Shown: positions 40,966-50,579, numbered from the stretch's first letter. The stretch is DNA of 64,000 nt from an uncultured bacterium (GCA_964472305.1 CAYYJR010000001.1:117220-181219); one strand, 5' to 3'. The notes: generated by a model not told the origin, from the sequence alone. Translations and numbers: made by a program.

Positions 40966-41934
40966 ATGATCCGTATAATCGTATCATTGCTGCTGCTGGC
41001 AGTCGGCCTATCGGCGTTCGCACAAGGCTCGGGGGATTTGCGTAGCGGAGAAAGGCCGTTTAATTATGAATTCGCTAAACGAGTTACCGGTGCCGGATGG
41101 ACTTACAAAGGTGAAGCTACCATTACTGGAATACTCTTTGATAATTACGGATTGATCGAGCATATATATCAAAATGTCGATTGGATAACTTTCAATATTA
41201 CCGGTTGGGATCACTTCGTCGCATATATCGGCATCTCGGATGATAAAACAGGCAATAGCGATATTGTCATCGAGACAGACGGCACGCAGGTTTTCTCACG
41301 AAAGGTCACTGCCGGCGACAGGGCCGTTGCCATCGATATCCCGCTCACCGGGCGCAAGACGATGACGATACGTGCGAAAACCCCGGCGATTTTCGCTGAT
41401 CCCAAGTTGGTGAAAGGAAACCCAACACAACCTCCTGTACAACAACCATCAACCTCATCAACTACAATACCCCCTTCACAGCCGGCCACCTTCGTGGTTG
41501 ATCCCAGCGATCTCGATAAACTCGCTTCGGCTCTGCGTAAGCGCGTAGACAACAAGCCGGAATTGAAGACGAAACTGGATAACGGTTTCATGGCGGTGAT
41601 GACGTTCAACCTGATCGACATCCCATCTGCATCTATCTCATTGAATGTCATCGAGGATTTGTCCACCCGCATGATTAACGCCGATTTTCAGCTTGTCGAG
41701 CGCGGGCAACTCGACAAGGCGTTGAAAGAGTTGAAGATACAAGATTCCGCCTTGATCGACCAGGCGACGGCGCAAAAACTCGGCCAACTTACCGGCTGCA
41801 ACTATATCCTCGTCGGCAGCGTCTCCGACCGCGGGCAGTTCATCGTGATGAACGCGCGCATCCTGGAGACGGCAACCGGCAAAGCCATCGCCGCCGAGAG
41901 CGTGGAGTGCCGGAAGATTCCGATCAATCGATGA
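40966..41934 (+). CDS. secreted protein with lower-GC N-terminal beta-sandwich-like domain, Pro/Ser/Thr linker, and C-terminal TolB-N/CsgG/LpoB-like domain (cluster gene 4)
   Basis: RBS AAGGAGG. Signal peptide. C-terminal AVMTFNLID...VERGQLDKALKELKIQ...AQKLGQLTGCNYILVGSVSDRGQFIVMNARILETATGKAIA. Confidence 0.7.
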   Translation: MIRIIVSLLLLAVGLSAFAQGSGDLRSGERPFNYEFAKRVTGAGWTYKGEATITGILFDNYGLIEHIYQNVDWITFNITGWDHFVAYIGISDDKTGNSDIVIETDGTQVFSRKVTAGDRAVAIDIPLTGRKTMTIRAKTPAIFADPKLVKGNPTQPPVQQPSTSSTTIPPSQPATFVVDPSDLDKLASALRKRVDNKPELKTKLDNGFMAVMTFNLIDIPSASISLNVIEDLSTRMINADFQLVERGQLDKALKELKIQDSALIDQATAQKLGQLTGCNYILVGSVSDRGQFIVMNARILETATGKAIAAESVECRKIPINR

Positions 41935-41974
41935 CCCTGTATGAGCACAGTCAATCCGTGAGAATGGAGGCATT

Positions 41975-43555
41975 ATGGGAAGGGTGTGGTTTGTTGTCGC
42001 CATGGTGATGGCCGGCGCGGTTTTCGTGCAGGCAGCGTCTGCGCAGGATGTCATGCGCACCGTGGCGGTCGCCATGGTGGAGCAGATTGTCGGGAATCCC
42101 GATGTCCAGCGGTTGCAGGGGAAGACGGTGGCCGTCGCGCGGTTTCGCAATCGCGGCACGGATGAAAATCTTGACGTGTCGGCCTTGCAGGATAAAGTCA
42201 TCACCGCGCTTGTGAAGGCGAAACTTTTCACCGTGGTCGAGCGCGAGCAACTCAACACGGCGCTGCAACAGTTGAAGATCGACGTTGCCAGCGGATTGAT
42301 CGACCGAAACGAGCAGAAGGAACTGGGCAAGTTTCTCTCTGCGGATTATCTGTTGATCGGCGTCGTATCCGGCGACAGCCTGCACCCGTCGGTGGACGCG
42401 CGCCTGATGAAAATCGAAACGGGCGCGCTGGTCGCGGCGGCCGAGTATCCGGCGGAGAACGGGCGCGGCGGCCTCCCGGGGGATCCCGGTCCCGCGGAGC
42501 CGACGCCCGCGGCGGTGAAGTCGACCATTCAACTAATTTCCTACAATACCAGCATCTTCACACTGTCTTCGACCGCCGACAAAGAGGCGGATGCTGGCAG
42601 CGATGCGATTCGCTGGCTGGTTGACCAGCGTATTTTCGCCGATGCCAAAGACGTGCTCGAACGCTGGACGCCCGAGATCACCGGCAAAATCTATCGCAGT
42701 CCCGCGCGGCTGGTCGCGAAAGTCACGCCCCGCGCGGACGCCTATTACCTGGATGTCAATTTCGCCCAGATGATGCGCGAACTGGTTTTCATTATCTTCG
42801 GCAAAGTCACTCCGCGTATCGCGGTCGATACATCGGAAACCATCCTGCGCCGCAATCCCCCCGATCCGGCGGTGAAAACCGTCATCGAAGGCGCATTCCT
42901 CAAATACGGCTTCCAAGTGGTTGATACCGACCGGGCAAAAATGGCGCTGTTGCGCGAGGCATTGCGCCAGACCGAGGCTGGCGACAGCCTGGCGCCCAAT
43001 CTGGTGAAACAGTATCTGGGCGAGGTGCAGAGCGATATCATCGCCGTGGGCGACAGTTTCGCGGAAGAACGCGCCGAGCGCGACGGATTCGATGCGCGCA
43101 TAGAGTTCAAACTCGTTGAGGTAAACACCGGGCGAGTGCTCGCGTCGATTGAGAATACCGCCACCCTGTCGCGAAAGGATTATCCAGCGGTGGATGTGAC
43201 GTCGAGCGTACTCGGCAAGTTGGTATTGCAGCGCGCCGCGGAGGGGACGACCATTCGCATGTGCGCCGACATCCTGAAGTCATACGGCCAACCGGTCTAC
43301 GCCGTGCGCGTGTGGCATATCGGCAGCCTGGCCAATAAGCGGACGATCGAGGAGTGCCTGACGGAGCAGTTGCCCGGCGCGACGGTGACGACAACGTCGT
43401 TAGATTTACGGGCGACGAACTGCGCGCTCTTCAGCGTCATGACGAAACGGACGGCTGACCAGGTTGCCGAAGCGTTGGAAAAGGTTCCCGGCCTTCACGT
43501 TGCCGTTACTGGCATCGACTGCCGCTCGATTGTGTGTGAAATACCGGTTAAATAG
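41975..43555 (+). CDS. secreted protein with N-terminal TolB-N/CsgG/LpoB-like domain and further degenerate copies of the same fold (cluster gene 5)
   Basis: RBS GGAGG. Signal peptide. VAVARFRN...VVEREQLNTALQQLKID...LGKFLSADYLLIGVVSGD. Later repeats (...DIIAVGDSF...LVEVNTGRVLAS). Confidence 0.7.
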   Translation: MGRVWFVVAMVMAGAVFVQAASAQDVMRTVAVAMVEQIVGNPDVQRLQGKTVAVARFRNRGTDENLDVSALQDKVITALVKAKLFTVVEREQLNTALQQLKIDVASGLIDRNEQKELGKFLSADYLLIGVVSGDSLHPSVDARLMKIETGALVAAAEYPAENGRGGLPGDPGPAEPTPAAVKSTIQLISYNTSIFTLSSTADKEADAGSDAIRWLVDQRIFADAKDVLERWTPEITGKIYRSPARLVAKVTPRADAYYLDVNFAQMMRELVFIIFGKVTPRIAVDTSETILRRNPPDPAVKTVIEGAFLKYGFQVVDTDRAKMALLREALRQTEAGDSLAPNLVKQYLGEVQSDIIAVGDSFAEERAERDGFDARIEFKLVEVNTGRVLASIENTATLSRKDYPAVDVTSSVLGKLVLQRAAEGTTIRMCADILKSYGQPVYAVRVWHIGSLANKRTIEECLTEQLPGATVTTTSLDLRATNCALFSVMTKRTADQVAEALEKVPGLHVAVTGIDCRSIVCEIPVK

Positions 43556-43567
43556 CAGGAGGACTCG

Positions 43568-45565
43568 ATGTTTTGTGGTGTCACATTTTTTTGTTCGCCC
43601 CGTATGCTCGGGGTGTTGATGCTGTGTGTCGTCACCGGTATCGCCGCACAGGCGGGATTGTACCAGCATTACATTATCGATCGTTCAGATGGTGGAAGCA
43701 TCTTTAAAGTTCCCTATTATGCTTACATCATCAGCAATATCCCGGAGCTGGATGTCATGCGTCCCATGTGTCGGACGGTGTTGATGCGGCGCCATAAAAA
43801 TACGCCCCACGTGTTGTATATCCCGCTGGCGCAAGTCGGGACATACGGCAGAAAAAAGACGGAGTTGCTCCCATACGATCACCTGAAGAACACGGAAACA
43901 GTGGTCGTGATCGACCGCTCCCGGTTGACCGATGCGGAGAAGACCGCGCTTGGCAAACTCCAACTCTATGTGTTCCCGCTTATGGCGCCGTTGCCGCAAT
44001 CCGGGTGTGTGCGCACCTGGGTGCAGACGACCGGAGCCGAGGAATACCAGGTATACGTTGAACTTCCCGAGGTGAGTTGGATCGAGCAGGCGGCGAATGA
44101 TTTGTGGGCATTGCCCAGCACGGCGCCGGTGAGCGTACAGCAGACGCTGGACATCGTACACAAAGTCTGCCGGACGGCGATGTTGTCCAACGATGCGCAG
44201 GCACGCAATGCGCTGCTCGCGGTCATTAAATACAGCCGGGTGCAATCGTTCACCCTGGACGATTACGAGAAGTTTGCCGGCCTCCGCGACGTCGATCAGA
44301 AATTGATCGCGTTGAATTGGAACGGCGAAGAAGAATGCACCGCCGAAATGGCGGTGCGAATTCTTCCACCGAGCTTGCGCGCGCCATGTCATTTGCAGAC
44401 GCCGGACCGCGTGGGACTGACGGGATGGCAGCGCTTCTGCCGGACGGCGGTGGCACGGCACGAAAAAGGCGAAGAGGATACCTGGGCTATCTGCGCGCCC
44501 ACCGCGCAGTTTCTCAATGAACTGGTTACCAAAGTGATTGCCCGTAATTTCGAAGGCGGACCCTACGATATACCGGTGTATGATCTCAGTTATATTACCA
44601 GCCTTGCGGTGGGCACATCCCTCGGGGTGGGCGATCCTGATCGCGAACGCTTGCTGCCCGGGCCAGTGCAGATGCAAATGGAGGAGGTTGCGGGAACGGC
44701 ATTTCGCATGAAAGTCCGCTCGATGGTTTCCACGCAGAACTGGGGTCGTGTCCTCGACGAAGCACTTGGCAAAAACGCCGACACGGATGATCCCTTGCGC
44801 AAGCCGGACACCATCCGCCGGGTCAATCAGGCCAGTAACACCGATGCAGTCCTGCTGCTTATGGTGCGCAAACTCTCTCCGCAGGTGACGTATACGTTCC
44901 CCCGTAATCGGATTACCGAACCTTATCCAGCGTTCACAGAAAAGGAACCGGATAAACCGAATAAGCCGGATGCCGACAGGCGTAAATCGCCATTCGGGCC
45001 GCATGTATATCCGGGTGAAGCACACAAAGATCGTGTCAACTCCCGTGAATATCAGGAAGACCTGGCGAAATATACCTATATCGAACTCCCCAAATGGGAG
45101 CGTGCGCGTGAGAAGTGGGAGCAAAATCGCCGGGAATGGGAGCGCGGGAAATCATCGTACCAGGTGAATTATGAGTTCGAGGTGGTCACCACCCCCGCGA
45201 TGTCGCTGGGTGGGCAACTGAAATTATTGGATATGTATGCCACGCAAAATGTGTTGTGGAGTACGGACGTGAACCTGGCCAGCAACGGTGAGCGGAAACA
45301 GATACTCACAATTCCGGTTCAGGTGACCGGCGAAGATACCGATCCCCCCCAACCGCGCGCGATGAACAATTATTCGAATAAATATACCTGGAGTGACTGC
45401 AGCGCCACAGTCGGTTCCGATACCGTTTACGGCATGGGGCAATCCCTGTTGGTCAGGTCATTACGGGACGGTGTCGCGGAACTGGTGAAGACGGCGCTCT
45501 GGTACACTGATTTGAAGCCATGGAGCCGGCCGGGAAAAACATCGCGCGGCACGCCATACGAATAA
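43568..45565 (+). CDS. large hypothetical membrane-anchored/secreted protein, 665 aa, no recognised domain (cluster gene 6)
   Basis: RBS AGGAGG 13 nt after the gene-5 stop. N-terminal hydrophobic segment. Lower-GC 5' end. Confidence 0.6.
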   Translation: MFCGVTFFCSPRMLGVLMLCVVTGIAAQAGLYQHYIIDRSDGGSIFKVPYYAYIISNIPELDVMRPMCRTVLMRRHKNTPHVLYIPLAQVGTYGRKKTELLPYDHLKNTETVVVIDRSRLTDAEKTALGKLQLYVFPLMAPLPQSGCVRTWVQTTGAEEYQVYVELPEVSWIEQAANDLWALPSTAPVSVQQTLDIVHKVCRTAMLSNDAQARNALLAVIKYSRVQSFTLDDYEKFAGLRDVDQKLIALNWNGEEECTAEMAVRILPPSLRAPCHLQTPDRVGLTGWQRFCRTAVARHEKGEEDTWAICAPTAQFLNELVTKVIARNFEGGPYDIPVYDLSYITSLAVGTSLGVGDPDRERLLPGPVQMQMEEVAGTAFRMKVRSMVSTQNWGRVLDEALGKNADTDDPLRKPDTIRRVNQASNTDAVLLLMVRKLSPQVTYTFPRNRITEPYPAFTEKEPDKPNKPDADRRKSPFGPHVYPGEAHKDRVNSREYQEDLAKYTYIELPKWERAREKWEQNRREWERGKSSYQVNYEFEVVTTPAMSLGGQLKLLDMYATQNVLWSTDVNLASNGERKQILTIPVQVTGEDTDPPQPRAMNNYSNKYTWSDCSATVGSDTVYGMGQSLLVRSLRDGVAELVKTALWYTDLKPWSRPGKTSRGTPYE

Positions 45566-45735
45566 CCGGCGGGCACTGCCTCCCCGCGGTGAACGGCACG
45601 GCGCTGTCGAGTGACGTCGTCTGTTCTGCGACCTGAGCGCCAGGCAGCGCCTCACGGCGATGGTCATCATGGCGTCGAATGTAATTGTCGCGACCGGTCG
45701 TAAGATAACATTGCGATTTGCTGAGCCGTATTGAT

Positions 45736-46059
45736 TTACTCGTGCCGTGCAATTGCCGACATGTCGACCAGCGCGCCTTGCGCCCGCAGCGCCGCGCGCA
45801 AGGCATCCATCTCGATCCGCGCAAACGGGATGGCGCGCGCGGCAACCTGTGCCGCCACCACTCCCACGGCTTCGCCCATTGCCATCACCCGTAGCGGTCC
45901 CAGCACGTCGCACTCGACGCTCACCGCACGGCCCGGGCAGATAAGATTTTCGACCGGTTGGGGCAGCATGATGCGGTAGGGGATCGGTGTGACCGGCACC
46001 GTACGTTGAAAGTGCAATGGTGAATGCCGCATACAGCGATCCTTTCCGCCGACAACCAT
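45736..46059 (-). pseudogene. possible remnant: C-terminal fragment resembling an FAD-dependent oxidoreductase, with no upstream N-terminal domain
   Basis: 107-aa ORF ...LICPGRAVSVECDVLGPLRVMAMGEAVGVVAAQVAARA... in an otherwise ORF-poor 880-bp gap. The identification is weak. Confidence 0.3.
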
Positions 46060-46219
46060 CCATCTAGATTAGAAGACGGCCAGGTATTGTATTCAGCACC
46101 GTAGTTCTCACACCTGCTTGCCCTTAGTTTTCGTCGCACTGACCCAAATACGTGTGGCAAGTAATGGCTAAAATATATCAAATTGCCCTTCGACAATAGA
46201 GGGTACCCCGTGATTTTGG

Positions 46220-46248
46220 TTGACAGGCATTGAACGCTGTGTTACACT
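46220..46248 (+). promoter_or_regulatory. sigma-A type promoter TTGACA-N17-TACACT, followed by a ~195-nt 5' UTR for the SLH-OMP gene
   Basis: ttgacaggcattgaacgctgtgttacact. Confidence 0.55.
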
Positions 46249-46445
46249 AGCCCATAGTAGGTCAGAGGAAGATCGCATCTCGAAACGGCGGTATCTCCCT
46301 TACTGATCGTCAAACGCTTTCGGTTATGGCGGTAGCTCGTACATCTTAGAATGGGCGCAAAGGAAATTTAGACAACTATTCGCCTCTTCACCCACGATGC
46401 CGGCATGGCCACATTCCAAGCTTTACTTTGAAGGAGGTACAACAC

Positions 46446-48260
46446 ATGAGAAAGTGGATCGGAGCCTTCGTGGTCTCCCTCCTGATCGCCTCCGCTTTCC
46501 CAGTATTCGCGGAAGGGCCATTCTCGGATGTCCCCGAGACGCACTGGGCTGCCAAAGCGGTTGCTGATCTTGCACAGGCCGGCATTCTGGAAGGCGTGCG
46601 CGTCGGAACGACGGCACAATTCCAGGGCACACGTCCCATGACCCGTTTTGAGATTGCCATGGCACTGGCGCGCGTGCTCGAAATTGTCGAAGGCGTGAAG
46701 CCTTCCACGCCAGGCAAACAACTCACCATGCAGGACGTGATCAACGAGATTCAGAACAACCCGCAGGTGCAGGCGAAACTGCGCGGTCCCGCCGGTCCCG
46801 CCGGCGCTCCGGGTGCTGTCGGTCCTGCCGGCGCTCCGGGTGCTCCGGGCGCGATTGGTCCTGCCGGTCCTGCCGGTACTCCTGGTACACCAGGCATCGC
46901 CGGTCCCGCCGGTCCTGCCGGTCCTGCCGGTCCTGCCGGCCCTCCGGGAAAAGGTTTGACTGACGAGCAGATTGCGCAGTTAACCAAATTGCTGACCACC
47001 TTCGGGCCGGAAATCGCCGCGGTGCGCGGCGACATCCGCAGCTTGCAGGAGCGCGTCACTGCGCTGGAAGCGGCCGTGGGCAACAAAACCCCGCAATTGC
47101 GCACCAGCGTGCACGGCGCCATGCGCTTCGGCGTTCAGGGAAGCGGACTGGATTTCAGTGCCGGCGCTGACTCGAACACTAATGGCATTGAAGACTCGGT
47201 TGAAGCGATCGGCGCCCTTCCGGACTTTGCGAAAGACGCATCGAAGTCGTCGCGCTTCGGCGTTTACCAGACTGACGTGAATTTCGACGGTTCCGTGTCG
47301 GAGAATCTGGCCGGGCACCTGACCATGCGCATCGTCAGCCCGATCTCGGCAACGCCCGTCGGCAATCCTGTATACTCCGGAACTATCGTAGCCGACAATC
47401 TGCAGTTGTGGGATTGGTACGCGACCTTCAACGCGCCCCAGATCTTCGGTCAGAAGATCGCCGTGACGGCTGGTCGGCACTCGACCATCATCGCCCAGGG
47501 CCTGGCGGTCGACACCAATCGGCGCCCGCTGGCCGGCATCTCGCTTGACAGCGGCACCGGCAACTATACCTACGGCGCGAACTTCTCGACCAATGACGGC
47601 CACAGCCCGGTCATGTATGGCTACCTGGGCTACAATATCGGCGATTTGTCCGATACCCTGACGAACTGGAACGTGGTTGGCAATTACATGCCGCGCGGTC
47701 TTGCGGGCGAGAGCGTATGGAACATCGGCGCGGAAGGCAACATTGCCGGCTATCGCGTGTTCGGTGAATATGCGCATGAGAATCTAGGTGCCATCAGTGG
47801 TTTGTTCAGCGATTTGGATAATCGCGGGGCACTCGTCATCGGCGCTGACGTGCTGAATAACTGGAACGGTCTGAATATGACCGCGCGGATCGGGAAAATT
47901 GGAGCCGGATACACCAACACCACCGGCATTCTGAATCCGTATACTTCGGCGAACGCGTTCGATCTCGATTGGGTCGATCGTCCGCTCTTCCTGAGCCAGA
48001 CCAATGTCACCGATGGGTGGGAAACTGATTTCCATTACACCTACGGGAAAGACACCCTGCTGCGCGCTCGCATTTATGGCGGGTTCGGCGATCAGAATGC
48101 CGGGGCGTCGGGCGATACCGCCCTCATCCTGTCGGCGAAGAAACCCATCGCCACTGGTGTCGCCGCCAATCTGCTGTGGGGTTACCGCGGCATTTCCGTG
48201 CCCACCGATAGCGCGAGCAACCTGCAAGTGTTGCGCGCCGGTCTTGAATTCACGCTGTAG
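46446..48260 (+). CDS. outer-membrane protein: signal peptide, SLH domain, collagen-like Gly-X-Y segment, coiled coil, C-terminal beta-barrel-like region (OmpM/Slp-like)
   Basis: RBS GGAGG. SLH motif [25 protein letters not shown]...[13 protein letters not shown]. 19 GPA/GAP triplets. A coiled-coil stretch [41 protein letters not shown]. The C-terminal ~400 aa has an alternating hydrophobic pattern. Confidence 0.8.
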   Translation: MRKWIGAFVVSLLIASAFPVFAEGPFSDVPETHWAAKAVADLAQAGILEGVRVGTTAQFQGTRPMTRFEIAMALARVLEIVEGVKPSTPGKQLTMQDVINEIQNNPQVQAKLRGPAGPAGAPGAVGPAGAPGAPGAIGPAGPAGTPGTPGIAGPAGPAGPAGPAGPPGKGLTDEQIAQLTKLLTTFGPEIAAVRGDIRSLQERVTALEAAVGNKTPQLRTSVHGAMRFGVQGSGLDFSAGADSNTNGIEDSVEAIGALPDFAKDASKSSRFGVYQTDVNFDGSVSENLAGHLTMRIVSPISATPVGNPVYSGTIVADNLQLWDWYATFNAPQIFGQKIAVTAGRHSTIIAQGLAVDTNRRPLAGISLDSGTGNYTYGANFSTNDGHSPVMYGYLGYNIGDLSDTLTNWNVVGNYMPRGLAGESVWNIGAEGNIAGYRVFGEYAHENLGAISGLFSDLDNRGALVIGADVLNNWNGLNMTARIGKIGAGYTNTTGILNPYTSANAFDLDWVDRPLFLSQTNVTDGWETDFHYTYGKDTLLRARIYGGFGDQNAGASGDTALILSAKKPIATGVAANLLWGYRGISVPTDSASNLQVLRAGLEFTL

Positions 48261-48283
48261 CCTGAATTCGCGACCCGACATCC

Positions 48284-48313
48284 GAACGGCCTTCCCGCAA
48301 GGGGAGGCCGTTC
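48284..48313 (+). terminator. 13-bp perfect hairpin after the OMP gene
   Basis: gaacggccttccc gcaa ggggaggccgttc. Confidence 0.6.
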
Positions 48314-48498
48314 GCCGTTCTGGGATACGCCATACCCACCCCTGTCGCATGGTAACGCCATCACCCGGCTTGCTTTGCAAGCACAGGTATGCTATATTGA
48401 ACATAGAAGTTGACTCACACCGGCCACACGGGAGCGCGTTCCATCGCAACGGAACCCGGTATGGCAATTATCGGTAAGACGGAGGAGTTCCTCGGGCA

Positions 48499-48945
48499 AT
48501 GCGCACCGTCTTTGTGATCCACGGACCCAATCTGAATCTGTTAGGGCGACGGGAGCCGGAAGTATACGGCACTGTCACGTTGGACGATATTAACTCGCGT
48601 CTGCGTGCACTGGCCACCGAATTGGGGCTGGAGATCCGCATTCTGCAATCAAATAGCGAGGGAGAGATTGTCTCTGCTATTCAAGACGCCGGTGATTGGG
48701 CTGAAGTGCTGATCCTCAACGCCGGCGGTTACACACACACCAGTGTGGCGATTCCCGACGCTATCAAAGGGGTGAGCCTTCCGACTATCGAGGTGCACCT
48801 CAGCAACATCCACGCGCGCGAATCGTTCCGCCAGCAAAACTACCTCTCTCGGGTGTGCGTGGGCCAAATTTGCGGATTTGGCGCGCAAAGTTATCTGCTC
48901 GCGCTACACGCCGCCCACGCTCTGAATGCCAACCTGTCCTTGTGA
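48499..48945 (+). CDS. aroQ: 3-dehydroquinate dehydratase, type II
   Basis: 148 aa. VIHGPNLNLLGRREPEVYG...LNAGGYTHTSVA...HLSNIHARE. Confidence 0.9.
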   Translation: MRTVFVIHGPNLNLLGRREPEVYGTVTLDDINSRLRALATELGLEIRILQSNSEGEIVSAIQDAGDWAEVLILNAGGYTHTSVAIPDAIKGVSLPTIEVHLSNIHARESFRQQNYLSRVCVGQICGFGAQSYLLALHAAHALNANLSL

Positions 48946-48957
48946 GGTGAGAGTGTC

Positions 48958-50040
48958 ATGGCGACCCGCATTGAGCGCTTACGCGCACGGATGAGCGAAG
49001 AGAGCCTGCCCGCATTCCTGGTCACCCGTCCGGAGAACGTGTTTTACCTCGCTGGCTTCAGCGGTTCTGCCGGCATGCTGGTGATTACCCCTACTCACCA
49101 GTTGCTACTCACTGATTTTCGCTACCTGCTGCATGCCGCTGAGGTATCGCCCGACTGGGAAGTCGTGCAGGTCGACCCGCGCTTCGATGTCACACTGCGT
49201 CGCGTGTTGAGCGGATTGGGAGTGGAGCGCGTTGGCTTTGAGTCGGATCATCTCACCGTGGCCAGTTATTACCAATATGGCGGTGATGATGCCTCGCTCC
49301 CGTATGTGCTGACGCCGGCACCGGAACTGGTGGAAGGACTGCGCCTGGTAAAGGAACCGGATGAACTCGCACGAATACGCGAGGCGGTGCGCATCACTGA
49401 CGCTGCGTATCAGCACGTGCTCAACTGTGCAAAGCCGGGCATCAGTGAGCGTGAATTGGCGTTGGAAGCCGACTGGTTCATGCGGCACCATGGCGCGCAG
49501 GGTCCGGCATTCGAGATTATCATCGCCACCGGTGCGCACAGCGCCTTACCCCATGCCGAACCGGACACCCGCCCGCTGCAGTCCGGCGATCTGGTGGTCG
49601 TGGATATGGGCGCATGTGTGGCGCATTACTGTGCGGATATGACACGCACTTTCGCGGTTGGCGATCCGCCGCCGCTGGCCTGTGAAATTTATCGTATCTG
49701 CCTGCGCGCGCAACTGGCTGGATTGGATGGCATCCGAGCGGGGATTACCGGGCGTGACGCCGATGGTATCGTGCGGGCGGTGATCGAGGATGCCGGTTAC
49801 GGCGCGGAGTTCGGTCATGGCACCGGCCACGGCGTCGGCCTGGCCATACATGAAGCGCCGCGGCTGAATCGTCTGTCCGAAGAAGTGCTGCCGGCCGGAA
49901 CCCTGGTAACCGTGGAGCCGGGTATCTATTTGCCCGATTTCGGGGGAGTGCGCATCGAAGATCTCTGCGTGCTGACCGCCACGGGAGTCGAGGTACTTAC
50001 CGGAACGCCGAAACCACCCGAATTGCCAGTATGCGCCTGA
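48958..50040 (+). CDS. M24 family Xaa-Pro aminopeptidase/dipeptidase
   Basis: 360 aa. Creatinase N-terminal-like domain plus a pita-bread domain with HGTGHGVGLAIHEAP and VEPGIY motifs. Confidence 0.85.
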   Translation: MATRIERLRARMSEESLPAFLVTRPENVFYLAGFSGSAGMLVITPTHQLLLTDFRYLLHAAEVSPDWEVVQVDPRFDVTLRRVLSGLGVERVGFESDHLTVASYYQYGGDDASLPYVLTPAPELVEGLRLVKEPDELARIREAVRITDAAYQHVLNCAKPGISERELALEADWFMRHHGAQGPAFEIIIATGAHSALPHAEPDTRPLQSGDLVVVDMGACVAHYCADMTRTFAVGDPPPLACEIYRICLRAQLAGLDGIRAGITGRDADGIVRAVIEDAGYGAEFGHGTGHGVGLAIHEAPRLNRLSEEVLPAGTLVTVEPGIYLPDFGGVRIEDLCVLTATGVEVLTGTPKPPELPVCA

Positions 50041-50186
50041 TTGAAGTGATAGAACATTGCTTAAATAAATGGAATAGATTATGCAGTGCAGCAATGCAGC
50101 ACGATATGACATTAAGATGACCCCTGTGTTGCCCTTCGGAGCATCCGAGGTGACTGTGTATCTGCATGGAAAAGGGGGAGATCGAC

Positions 50187-50579
50187 ATGGCTCATCGTAT
50201 ACTTGTCGTCGATGATGAACAGGACATTCGTCAATTAATCACCCTGATTCTCCAATCATCAGGATATGAGGTTCTCTGTGCAAGCGGCGGGGTGGAAGCC
50301 CTGACCATGCTCGAGCAGTTTGAAATTGACATGGTCATTCTGGACATCATGATGCCCGAGATGGATGGCTGGGAAGTGTGCCGTCACATCAAGAGTCGCC
50401 CGCGCACGAAAGACTTGTCGGTGTTGATTCTCACTGTGCGCAGCCAGCCGCTGGACCGTGTGATCGGACTCGAAGTCGTGCATGCGGATGCTTACCTGAC
50501 CAAACCATTCGAGCGTCATGAACTGCTGGGCACGGTAGAACAATTGCTGACCGTGCCAACCTCGGCAACGGAATCCTGA
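50187..50579 (+). CDS. single-domain response regulator (CheY-like receiver only)
   Basis: MAHRILVVDDEQDIRQLI...DMVILDIMMPEMDGWEV...LTKPF. Lower GC than the flank. Confidence 0.8.
   Translation: MAHRILVVDDEQDIRQLITLILQSSGYEVLCASGGVEALTMLEQFEIDMVILDIMMPEMDGWEVCRHIKSRPRTKDLSVLILTVRSQPLDRVIGLEVVHADAYLTKPFERHELLGTVEQLLTVPTSATES

Noticed and set aside
46751-47777. Minus-strand ORFs over the SLH-porin gene, including a PAG-rich one
   Set aside because: They mirror the collagen-like Gly-X-Y coding repeats of the plus-strand gene and are antisense artefacts.
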